Shown piece after piece: positions 22,404-35,400 of a DNA stretch of 64,000 nt (within the stretch, counting starts at the first letter, position 1; every line of letters starts with the position of its first letter). This DNA comes from Octopus vulgaris. Its lineage: Eukaryota. The position numbers were made by a program, and so were the translations under genes. The DNA lies in the NCBI GenBank assembly GCA_951406725.2, contig OX597817.1:160704001-160768000 (forward strand). The letters are read 5' to 3'. A model generated the notes under the pieces. That model had not been told where the DNA came from and did not search any database. It worked only from the letters and a program-made list of their open reading frames with translations.

Positions 22404-22960
22404 ATCTTGTTTTAGAGACCATATAACATCTGAGTTTGTTTTAAATATCAAAGCAGAACAAAACCAGGCATCTCTTGTTCTCTCTGATGACTGGAACATG
22501 ACAAAATTTAAACATACATTCACCGTTTGTAATTTTAAATTGCACATTTTCATATTTACATGATTTTCTTGCGATAAACAATTCAACAAATAACTGAAAA
22601 GAACACAGAAACACACGTTTTGAGGGAGTCACAACTATAATCTTTTAACTAATTTTTATTTGGTTTTTATACCTGGAGCACTTGCATGTGCTAACACCTA
22701 AACAGCGGTCTGAATGCAGGAAAAAATACCAGGCCCTAAAGTTGTAATGTTGATTTGATATAGTGGAACCCAACAGATACATGTGCAAACACACTTGTAC
22801 ATACAAGGTTATGGCAAAGTTTGACATATTGCTGTGATACTTTATGATGCTTTGTGTTCAAATAGAAATTTGTTGTCTTTGGATTTATATTTTCATTGGT
22901 CACTTCTTGTTTGTGTTTAATTTCTACGGAGGGCATTACTGATTTTGATGGTTTTAAAAA

Positions 22961-22966
22961 AATAAA
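22961..22966 (+). terminator. Candidate distal poly(A) signal of the APOO/APOOL gene
   Basis: AATAAA followed by a U-rich tract, at the end of a repeat-free AT-rich 3' region. Confidence 0.4.
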
Positions 22967-25900
22967 ATCAATATTTATTTTCTTTTACTATTGGGTAATA
23001 GTTGTTGAAATTCATATGTGACTTATTGCTGCAAGTCTTTCTAAAGTTAGATGTTGGCCCTGATATCAGCTTGACAGACTGAAGCAACATCTTATGTAAG
23101 TTTGAATTTGTGACCTTAGTAAGTAGTAGTCCAGCACCTTACTCTCGCAAACACAGAGTCATCAGAGAGATATTTAGATGTGTTATGGTAATGTCATGAG
23201 CAAAAGAAAAGAAAAAGGTTATAGAATGTACAGCCCTTTTAGAGGTTATTTTTAAAATATATTTAAAATCTGTCAAAGACAATACACTACTAAATTGTAA
23301 TGCTATTTTTCATCACAACATTTCACATCTCAAAAATAGTTTGGTTAAAACACTCTTTACTCTTCATGTAGTTTCCAGTCCTAAGCAATTAATTTCTGTC
23401 ATGTTCTATGATTCTATTGTAAGGTTTTAAACAATTTAGGCCAAAATACTGTTTAGTGATTTTTTTCCCAAAAATTTACTTTGAACTATATTTGAAAGTA
23501 TTATTGAGACATTTTGGTTTTATGTGCTTTAAATATAGAGATTATACTTTAGAAGTGTAAGCAAATAATGTGTGTGTGTGGTTAAGAAGTTTACTTTCTC
23601 ACCACATGGTTTTAGGTTCAGTTCTGCTGCATGGCATTCTGAACAACTGTCTTCTACTATAGCTATTGGCCAGCCAAAGACTTGTGAGTGAATCTGGTGG
23701 ACAGAAACAAAAGCAGCCCATCATGATGATGGTGTGTGCATATCTATGTATGTTTATGTTTGAAGTCTATGAAAGTCATTTGCTGTGAGTGGTGTGGTCA
23801 TCACTTCCATTAACAAATCACCTGCTTACTTTGGACCTTCAAAAATGTGTGAAATAGATCACTTACTTGAAAAAGGGGTTAGGGTTAGTGATGGCAAGAG
23901 TATCTTGCTATAAAACGTCTCAATAATGCATTCATCTAACCCATGCTTGCATGGAAGAAATAGACATAAAAAGGAAACAAACGAGATTATAAATATCAGT
24001 TATATAGTTATCAGTACTACCACACTGTAAAAGACTGGGATTCTAGATTCTTTTGTCCTAGTTAGTAAAGTAAAATATTAAAAAATAATAAATTGCTAGT
24101 GAAAGGTATTGAACACCTGAATCAACTGATTGCTATCAGTTAAGCTGGTCAAACTACCAATGGTAAGAAGACATTGCTAGTGAGCTGTTTCAACCAACTA
24201 ACTTATAAGTATAATAGGTAGGTGGTGATGTACTGAATGTCATATTAAAAAAAAAAAATTTGAAATATTTGTGTAGAAAGTAAACAAAACCACAGAGGTA
24301 ACTCTTAACACTTCTCAAAGAGGAGGGGAAATAATTTTAAAACCAATTTTTCATAAAATTGTGATTCATGCTATAGTGAAAGAAAAAAAACAACATTTGA
24401 TCTTAACAAAGTAACAGCTATAGATATGTTTCTATCTTTAAAACTTCAATAGTGAATGTTCCAATCAAAGCTAGCCTGAAAAAAACCTTGGGCTTCATTG
24501 AGGTCTAATTAGACTGTCCTCTTGGCTGCTAATTAAGATCATATATTTCCTCAGCATGAAAATTTAATTTTTGCTGAAATTACCTGAATTATTTAAATTC
24601 TTGCTATTTACCCATTTGAGTTATTTCCTTTTGCTCTTTTGTAATTATGAATTAATCTTGCTTAGTTTCATAATAAATGATTGAATTAAAGTGCCCTAAT
24701 GATCTGGTACCCAAGCACCCCAACCCTGTCATTACAGATGATCTTGTAATTGAAATACTATAACCTTATTTTAAAATTAATTGAGGATTAACAAAGGGAA
24801 GAGCATTCAGCTGTAAAACAATGCTCCATCAATATACATTCATCTAATTCATGCTAGCTTGGAAAAAGAGACCTCAGCTTTCTGATATATCACGAAACTT
24901 TTCTCATCCCAAGTAATTAATTAGCTATCTGGAAAGTGCCAAAAAAGTTAAATGCTTGTCTTAATAGAAAATAAATATCTTCTGGTTCCATAACATTATT
25001 CAGAAGAAAAAAAGAGAATTGCACAAGTCACAGAGTTTTGACTGAATTTGAATATCTCTTAAATAAGTTAATATTTTGGACGATCATAGGTTGGTGTGAC
25101 ATTGTTATCAGTTAAAGTTGTCCCTTGTGACTTGAAAAATCATTCAACGGACGGAATCAACTTAATGTATATCTGATCTTGAGAAAGATATCTGGGAAGG
25201 AAATAATACAGTGTATATATCATTTATGTTGCACATGGCGTTAATCATTTATCTGTCCACTACATCAACATGTTTTGAGTGAAGAGTGTGTGGGGGAAAT
25301 AAACTGTCAGAGAATATCTGCAGTAAGTCAGCAAGGGAGATAACTAGCAACAATAACGTCTCTCATTTAAAAGGAGAGATAACAATAGGTTGGAGTAAGA
25401 CAAAAAGGGAGATAATTCTTAGCATTTTTTTAAAAATGATAAACAAACAAAACAAATGCCAGATTTAGACAACAGGGGAGATAACTAATGACAGCCAATC
25501 TGAATTAGACACGAAACTCGGAAATATGCTAAAATAATAACAATAAACATAAATGATATGATCAATATTTTGGTTAAAACCTTATAACAAATGGACTGTA
25601 TCTATAATTATGAATTACAGGCAAAATATCACATCCATTTATCCATAATCTGTAGATTTAGGATGACAGGACTGACTGAAATACTGAAATATTAATCACC
25701 CACACTCGTTCCATTATTCCTATCACACACACACACTATTAATAATTAGCAGACGTTACAGAGTGACTCAAGGGCCAAGAGTTTCAAAGATTGGAACTTA
25801 TCAAACTTTGTTGATAAGTATCAATACAAGAAACTCTTGGCTCTAGAGTTACTCTGTAACTGAAGCCAATTATTAATTTCAAATTTTGGCACAAGGCCAG

Positions 25901-26228
25901 TAATTTCGGAGGAGGGTATCAGTCGATAACATCGACCCCAATGCTCAACTGGTGCTTATTTTATCGAGTCCGAAAGGATGAACTGCAAAGTCAACCTCAG
26001 CAGAATTTGAACTCAGAATGTAAAGACGGATAAAATGCCGCTAAGCATTTTGCCCAGCATGCTAATAATTCTGCCAGCTCATTACCTTACTTCTGCCAAT
26101 TATCAATAATAAAAATATATATATATATATTCATGTTTTAAGCCCTATTTTCCTGTTTGCATCCCCAAAATTAATAGCTGTCTATCTATCTATCTATCTA
26201 TCTACCTCTGTACATATATACTTGCATA

Positions 26229-26264
<36 letters not shown>

Positions 26265-27605
26265 ATGATGATATGACATTATTACCTAGTTTACATCAGT
26301 ATAATTTAATGCTGGCAGAGATAGGGATAAGTGTTAATTCATTTTTTTTTTCTTCATAGCAAATATAAAATCTGAGATTTAAGCAAAGAGTACCCACGAG
26401 ATAAATGTTATCTTTGGCAGCTGAATACATATATATAAACTTTCACCTACATACACACCTACCTATATTTTGTGGTATTGTATGTTCTTTTATTGGTTTC
26501 AATTATTGGACTGTAGCCATGCTGGAGCATAGCTAATTTTCTGTAACAAGTAAATGATTAGTACTTATTTTATCAACCTCAAGCGGATGAAAGGTAAAGT
26601 GAACCTGGGCAGGATTTGAACACTTAACATAACCAAATACAGCAAAGTGTTTTGTCCAATATTCTAGCCATTCGGCTATACATACTGTCTAGTATGTACA
26701 CATATATATAATACATACACACACATACACTCACCAATCACATATACATATACACTCACACCCTTATACAGATATATACATAGATATGTACATATAGATA
26801 TATGTGGACATGTATAATACATTAAAATGTGTGCAGCTATCTCAGTCTCTCTCTCTCTCTCTCTCTCTCTCCCTACATATATACACACTTGTGCACACAC
26901 ACACACACACACAAACACATACACATATTGTTTGGGTTTCAAATATGAACCATGTTTTGATATAACATATTCTTGAACAACCAACTGCACAAGCAAAGAA
27001 TGATGATATCTCATGAATGGACAGAGGACAAATTTGACAAACATGGACCAAAATATATATCACATGTGGTGGAATGAAAAAAACAGCAAGAGGAGTTGAT
27101 TGTTTAGCTTCAGGTCAACTCTGATTGAGTAGACCTATGATGAAAAGCATGACCATTCAGCTATGACCATCCCATCTAGGATTGCTTTATCTAATATGTG
27201 TCCTTTTTTTTTTAAGATGATGGAGAGTGATTTGAGGGAGGGAGATTTAGCAGCTATTTGTAGCAGGTCAAACGACTACATAGTCACCCTCATTGGATCA
27301 TTGATTGTTGAATATATCAAAGGGGTGTCACAATGAGTCTTCTCTCCATATTGTTCCAGATTTTAAGTTTTATCAAACAGACACATATACTTCAATTCTC
27401 TCTCACACACACACACACACATACACAGTTATTTGTACATGCATACAGACACAAAGTTGTATGTGTATGTGTCAGGTCGTGGTGAAGTTGTGGTGAGGCG
27501 GTTGACAATAGTGACACAACGTATCATTGTATCACTGATGTCACTGAGCTATCTTATGACCTCAGCCACTGTCCATCAATGCCACTGACCCCCCAACATG
27601 CTGTT

Positions 27606-27768
27606 TCAGTTGTAGTCATCGAAGTTTTCTCCCTTCACTACCTCTGACTGGTGATAGCGGTTGCGACTGGCAAAATCTTCATTGTCTTCGGTGAGCTGGG
27701 ATGCAAAGGTTTGGACTGCTGGTGTATTGGGTGGTACCACATACTGTTCTTTCCCTGACTGACTGCCC
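27606..27768 (-). CDS. SLC12A8: SLC12A8 last coding exon ([13 protein letters not shown]...[30 protein letters not shown])
   Basis: ttttcacag acceptor; TGA at 27608-27606; conserved C-terminal QLT..N.DFA.R.RYH.S. Confidence 0.93.
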
Positions 27769-29408
27769 CTGTGAAAATACATTGGAAAGAAATAATCAAA
27801 TTTTATCGTCAGTTTATTGAAAGAAATGCAAGATCAGACATGGGAAAAAAAAGGAAAAGAGAGAATGATATACAAAAAAATAAAAGAAAGGTCTTTTTTC
27901 AATTGCAGAAAAAATGATGTGCGGAAGGTATGACGATTACATAAATATATACATGTAATTTATAGGTGTCTTAAGTAAGTCTCATAACCCAGATATGTAT
28001 GTGACTAGGATTGTATAGATTTATTAATCAGCTAGCCTAATGAGGTGGAATAATAGTCATAACTTTCCATAACAGGTCTTGGAAGATAGAGATTCGAACT
28101 CACAACCTCATGATCGTAAGCTCGACACTCTAACTACTGAGCCATGCACCTTCACGATAGTGCTATATGTATGTAATATATACATAAACATAAATGTAAC
28201 AACTTATACGCACATATATATTTCTTTATATGATACACGCATATATATATAAGCACACACATACACATACAATGTGCTTTCACACATTTACCAAATTCAT
28301 CACATGCTTGTTTAGTATCTGTATTGCACTACAAAGGGTAGATCAACAATGTGTTTGCTCTATTTAAAGAAGAAAAGAAATTTTTAGATTTAAAAAAAAA
28401 AAAATTTGAGACTAGAATTTGTCAGTCGTACACTTACTTTAAACATACCAAACAGCCTCTTTTAATCCAGTCATATAAATTAAATTCAGCTATACCTGCA
28501 AAAAAGAAATGGTAAAATTTATGTTATCAAATTTATAATCACTTCAGATAAAGGAGACTCTTAAAGAAAATACATCAAGGTATATATTTTATTTGGTGTC
28601 CGTTAGAGATTAATGACGCATCCCTAATGAGAATACGCTATATGTTTTAATTAGGAGATACCTTTCTCTTACTGGTTTCACTTGTTGGACTGTGGCTATG
28701 TTGGAGCACTGTCCTGAAGGATCTTAGTCAAACAAATCAATCTCAGTACGAATTTCTTAACATGGATGTAAACAAACCAACACCGATTGTCAAGCAGCAG
28801 TTGGATAAACACAAACACACACACAGTATGTATGTATGTTTGTATATATTTGTATGCATGTACGTATGTATGTATGTATGTATGTATGCATGTATGTATG
28901 TTTATGCTGGGTCCCCATCCAGTTTCTCTCCACCAAATTCCCTTCCAAGATATTAGTTAGCCAAGGGCTATAGTAGAAGACACTTGCCCAAGGTACTGCA
29001 TAGTGGAACTAAACCAAAAACCACATGGTTGCAAAATGAGCTTCTTAACCACATAGTGATCTTATGAACTACGTATCTCAAGTTTGAAATATTTATTTAC
29101 AATATTTATATCAATCCTATATTCTGTGACATGAGCTGTCTAGTGAATAAGAATGCTATTACCCTTAGTTTCCTGTACCCAACCTCAAATAAAACATGTA
29201 GTGATCATTGGAGATTAAACTGATCCAAATGTAGAGTAGATATATGCACATATATATACCATGTGGTAAGTAGCTTGCTTACCAACCACATGGTTCCAGG
29301 TTCAGTCCCACTGCGTGGCACCTTGGGCAAGTGTCTTCTACTATAGCTTCAGGCCAACCAAAGCCTTGTGAGTGGATTTTGTAGACGGAAACTGAAAGAA
29401 GCCCATCG

Positions 29409-29439
<31 letters not shown>

Positions 29440-32400
29440 TTGTGCACACACATTTGTGTGTCTGTGTTTGTCCCCCCAACATCGCTTGACAACCAATGCT
29501 GGTGTGTTTACATCCCCGTAATTTAGCGGTTTGGCAAAAGAGACCGATAGAATAAGTACTAGGCTTGCAAAGAATAAGTCCTGGGGTCGATTTGCTCGAC
29601 TAAAGGCGGTGCTCCAGAATGGCCACAGTCAAATGACTGAAACAAGTAAAAGAGAGTAAAAGAGTATAACTCTAACAGGTAATGTTATTAGTAACAATGT
29701 ACCTCAGATATTTAGGCAAACTATTAATACATTTTGCTTGTTTTTCTTAACATGGGGCTTAAAATGAAATTCTGAATAAACTTTAACGTGATAAAATTTT
29801 GATAGAAATTTTAATTTTAAAATGGCAAGTTTCATGCAATATGAGGTTGTATCAAGAGAGAACAATTAAATGTTATGGCAGCCAGTGTCTTGTTTCATTT
29901 TCTTCAACACTCTCTTAAAATAAGTCATGGCCCACTTTATAACGTGTGTGAGTGTTTGTACAAAAGCTGACGTGGTGGGCATATGTGCAAGAGAATGCAT
30001 TTGCAAAAGAGAGTGCATGTGAGAAAAAAGCAGGTGATGAAGAATGTGTGTGCAAGTGTGTGTGCATATGTGTGTGTGTGCATGTGTTTGTGTGTGCATA
30101 TGTGTATGTGTGCATGTGTGTTTGTGTGTGCATATGTGTGTGTGCATATGTGTATGTGTGCATGTGTATGTGTGCATGTGTGTATGTATGCATGTGTATG
30201 TGTGCATATATGTGTGTGTCTAAGGTAGTATGAGCATGCATTAGTATGTGCGTGAACAGAGAAATTTAAATGGAACTTACCAGGAAAATAACCAGGTGTA
30301 GCCTGTCCTATATACATATATATACCAATAAAACATAAAATTTCTCCAAGAGCATATAACCATTGTATGGAAAACATAACAATGATACAGATGAAGGTCT
30401 GAAAGAGAAGAATTTCATAAGAATAATTCAAATATTTGGTTACTCAATAACAACAGCTTCTTTAAATTTATTATATACATTCATCATCACACCTTCAGTG
30501 GTATGACTATAGATTTAGGAATGTTTGTTTAGTGGTTTATTGATTGACTGATTTCTTACATTAGTACAGCACTTCAGATTTTTACAGTAAGCTTATGAGA
30601 GCTCAAAATCTCTCGTGGAGGCGCCATCCAACTAAAATGCAAATATATGGGAAATTACCACCTGTGTCATCTCTTGTGAAGGGTAGGAGAGTCCAGTTTG
30701 CTGGACATTGTTGTAGAGCTGAAAAAGAAGTAATTTCTACTCTTCTCCTCTGGAAGCCATCTACTCGCAACACCAGAGGGCGCACACTCTCCTACCCTGA
30801 TGTAATCTCCAGGGATACAGGCATCCAGCAACAGGACCTCCGTAATGCTATGATGGACCGTGAAGTCTGGCGCAACATGGTAAATTCCATTGTCTCGACC
30901 ACGGTCGAACAATGATGATGATGATGTGAGATGTTCAAACCTTTTTCAGTTCATTAGCAATGTAAGAAAATAAAACAAATAAAACAGTTGCATCAGGGGA
31001 TTGAAACAGGATTACAGAATTGAATTGCACAGATTATGATGGTTTTGTAGGCAATTTTTAATGATTTTTATAAGTTAAACTGCCTGCATCAGTTGTTGAC
31101 TGCCATGACACTGCATCCTTTAAGGCCCTCATGCTTCCCGAAATCCGTCGAAACTACACCTGATTATATATACACTTTAGATGAGTTGTAGTGCACCTGA
31201 GCACTGTACACAATTATTATTATTATTATTTTATTATTGTATTGTTGCCAGAGTGGCTAGCTGGCTTCCGTGCCAGTGGCATGTAAAAGGCACCATTCGA
31301 GCATGATCGTTACCAGCGTTGCCTTACTGGCACGTGAAAATACATTCGAGTGAGGTCATTCCCAGTACCGCCTGACTGGACCCCGTGCTAGTGTCATGTA
31401 AAAGCACCCACTACACTCTCGGAGTGGTTGGCGTTAGGAAGGGCATCCAGCTGTAGAAACTCTGCCAGATCAAGATTGGAGCCTGGTGCAGCTATCTGGT
31501 TCGCTAGTCCTCAGTCAAATTGTCCAACCCATGCTAGCAGGGAAAGCGGACGTTAAATGATGATGATACAAGACAATCAGCCAAGAGGTTGGTGTTTCAT
31601 ATCTTGTGACTAGTAGTGTGCTGGGAGTATGGTCGAAAAATTCAACTCTGAAATAGTTCAATTCACTTAGATGTAAATAGATGCTACAAGTTAAGAGGAA
31701 CACAACCCTTTAAGAAGTGGCAACTGGTGTAAAATTAATAGGTGGTTTGTTAACTTGCAATACTGATTTCAACTTCTGTCTGTCAGGAGAAAACCACTCC
31801 AGTGTCTCTCTCAGACCAGAGTTTCTGAATTATCTCAGCTTGGTTTAGTATTAGATCTGTATTCTGGTTCTGATTACTGGGAAAGATTTAAAAAAGTAAA
31901 TCTCAAGATCAAATTCCTAGCCACTTTCTAAGTCTCTCCCAGTAATCAGAACCAGAATACAGATCTAATACTAAACCAAGCTGAGATAATTCAGAAACTC
32001 TGGTCTGAGAGAGACACTGAAATAGCTTTCTCTAGACTGACAGAAGAAATTGAAATCAGAATTGTGTTGAACTCACAGCTTAATTCTGGTAATTTTAGTA
32101 ACAAGCTGTAAGGGTTATATTTTCTTTTCTCTTAATCTATTCTGCTGCTGCAGAAAGGGAAGTTAGTCACTGTATGAGCAATTCTCGGTCCTTTATATCA
32201 TTCTGTCCATTTCTGTACAAAGTCTCACAAGACTACATAACATTTTTGTGGAGAATATAAAATGACTCAATGCATTGACAAATTGAAAATATCAGCTTAT
32301 CTATAACGAACCTGACTATAACATAAGTGGAGAAAATTTCTGAGAAAATGTCCCAGTATTGAACAAAATGGTAAGAAACAAGACCTTTCAAGCTTGTAAC

Positions 32401-35400
32401 ATCAACAGAAAAAAAATGCATTTAAAGAGAAAGAAAAGAGGAAGAGAAATTGACTTACGCCTATTAAAGATATCCAACGGTTACATAGCAAAGAGTACCA
32501 GGATTGGGGTTGTTGATGAATTTCTGTATTGGGTCCTTTTTGGTCAACTGAAAATAAATGGCAAAATGTTAGGGTCAACTTCTGCTGGTATTGCTGAATT
32601 ATTTATAGGATGATATATGATTTCTTATGCTAATCAATTGGATCAACTGCAATATATACCTGGTACTTATTTTATAAATCTGAGCAATATTTCATTTCAT
32701 AACATAGAGCACAGAAACTAAATACCACAAGGTATTTTGTTGATAGCTCTATTGTTTCTGTTTCTCACATATTCCTCTTTTGATGAATATAGTTATATAC
32801 TAAATTTCACTTCACATGGACGTAAAAAGCACCATCCAAACGTGGCTGATGCCAGCACTGCCTTGACTGGTTTCTGTGCCGGTGGCACGTAAAAAGCACC
32901 AACCAATCATGTCTACTGCCAGCCTCCCTTGGCACCTGTGCCGGTGGCACGTAAAAAGCACCTACTACACTCACAGAGTGTTGGCGTTAGGAAGGGCATC
33001 CAGCTGTAGAAACACTGCCAGATCAGACTGGAGCTTGGTGAAGCCTCCTGGCTTCCCAGACCCCGGTCAAACCGTCCAACCCGTGCTAGCACGGAAAACG
33101 GACATTAAACGATGATGATGATGATGATGATACTGCTCAACTAAGCTGATTACTCTAATAGACTAACTTAACACTGGTAACAGAATAATAATTTGCACTA
33201 AAGTGAGACTTAGCTTAAAGTCTAAAATGACAGTAGAATGCAGTAAAGTTTACTAAACTTACAAATGATAGTTTATAAGTCATGGACAACCTTTTTCCAT
33301 GAAGCAGACCGCATGATACTTGGCTCACCATCAAGCAGACTGCACTACTAAAAAACTTCAAAGTGATTTTTCATGGCACACCATTCAGAAAGAATGCAGT
33401 TTGTCCATGACTGGTTTATAATAATGACATTCCATAATCATGTATAAGATAGATGAAATAATTTACCATAGCATTGAATGTTTAGTTTGTTCATTTTTAT
33501 ATAAAATTAAGTAACAATGACTTATATCAGAGACTCTCAAACTGATAAATAGCAGCTCTCCAACCATATATTAGTTAAAGATATTTTTTCACCCAATTGA
33601 CTGGAACTCTATTGATAGCAGTGATGAAGGTTCCAATAGATCAAATCAACAGAACAGCCTGCTTGTGAAATTAGCATGCAAATGGCTGAGCACTCCACAG
33701 ACACGTGTACCCTTAACATAGTTCTCAGGGAGATTCAGAGTGACACATAATGTGACAAGGTTGGCCCATTGAAATACAGGCACTACTAATTTTTCTCAGC
33801 TAAGTGAACTGGAACAACGTGAAATAAAGTGTCTTGCTCAAAAACACATGCCACTGGTAATCAAATTCATGACCTTACAATTGTAAGCTGAATACCCTGA
33901 CCCCTAAGCCATGCACCTGTTAATAACAAGAAAATAAAACAGAGCTTGCTTCCATATAATTCTTCACTCTTCACTGAACAGGTTTAAAAAATTTTAAGCT
34001 ATCTTTTATTAATCATGGCAATTTGAAGGTAGTGAGCAGGTAGAAACATTAGCATGCTGGGCGAAATGCTTAGTGGTATTTCGTCTGTCTTTACGTTCTG
34101 AGTTCAAATTCTGCCAAGGTCGACTTTACCTTTCATCCTTTAGGAGGTCAATAAATTAAGTATGATTTGCATACTGGGGTCAATATAATTGACTGGCTCC
34201 CTCCCCCCAAAATTTCAGGCCTTGTGCCTAGAGTAGAAAAGATTAATCAGGACAATTTGTCCACACCTTTCCCGACCTTACAGTTTGCTCCTGCCATGAG
34301 AAACACAGGTTAAGAGAATGGGAATGATTGAGAGAAAAATATTTACTCATTGCAGGTTTTGGTTCCACTAAAAGTTTGGTTGTATCTCCTGCATCTTCTT
34401 TGGCATCAGTAACTTTATCTGCATTTTGCTTTTCTAAATGTCTGGTAGTTATATCAAAAACTGCTTCTTCAGGTGTAGTAGGAGAATTTTCATCCAACTG
34501 TTGCCTTGCAAGATGGTGTTGACCACGATGAGTGAGGCGTTCAGGGAAAAGTTTGTCTAAGTCAGTAGCAAAACGCTGGAAAGAATCTTTGTGTATAGTC
34601 TGTTGCTTAGCTTGGTGGGTGGAACCGTAATCTGATGATTCTTTACCGTCCAATTCTGATTTTAAAGTGTTCTCCACAGGCTTTACAGAGTACTTGGCAT
34701 CTTGCTGCTGACGTCTGTCATAGCTCATTGCTAGTGCAAAGTAGGAATAACAAACAGCAGCGTAGGTGAACATGAAAGAGGTGGTGACAACTGGAGCCAA
34801 AGTATTTACATCACCAACGACAACAAACAGAAGAATCACTAATGTCACCACAACAAGAGCATAGACAGGAACCTTGTTAGCACCTTTCTGGAAATAGGGG
34901 AAAAAAAATAACTAGTCAACAAATATCTACCAATGGAACATAGATACAGAGACACACATACATACATGCATACATACATACATATGCATGCATACAAACA
35001 TACCCACACATGCATGCATACGCACACACACACATACATATATACATACATATGCATACAAACATACCCACACATGCATGCATATACATACACATACATA
35101 CATACATACATACATACATACATACATACATACACGCACATATACAAACACATACATACATATATTTACAATGGTTGATAGAATTATAAAGAATAGAAAA
35201 GTTTGGTATAAGAGTTGAATAAATAAATAATCTTTTGTTTTTTTTAATTTCTAATAAAATTTTAACATGAAATAAAGTAAGATGCTATCAGTATACCAGA
35301 TTACAAATCACAAGGTTATGAACTCAAACCTTGCTGTATTACAATTCTCCATTCAACATAAATTATAGACACAAGTCCTATTTTACTGTTTAGGTTTTTG

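Noticed and set aside
28447-28452. Alternative GTATGT donor inside the penultimate SLC12A8 exon
   Set aside because: It would give phase 0 and shift the conserved last exon out of frame; the GTAAGT donor at 28437 gives the correct phase 2.
29866-30241. His/Thr- and Cys/Val-rich ORFs (also 34845-35218, 62875-63330, 964-1191, 26676-27063)
   Set aside because: Translations of microsatellites.
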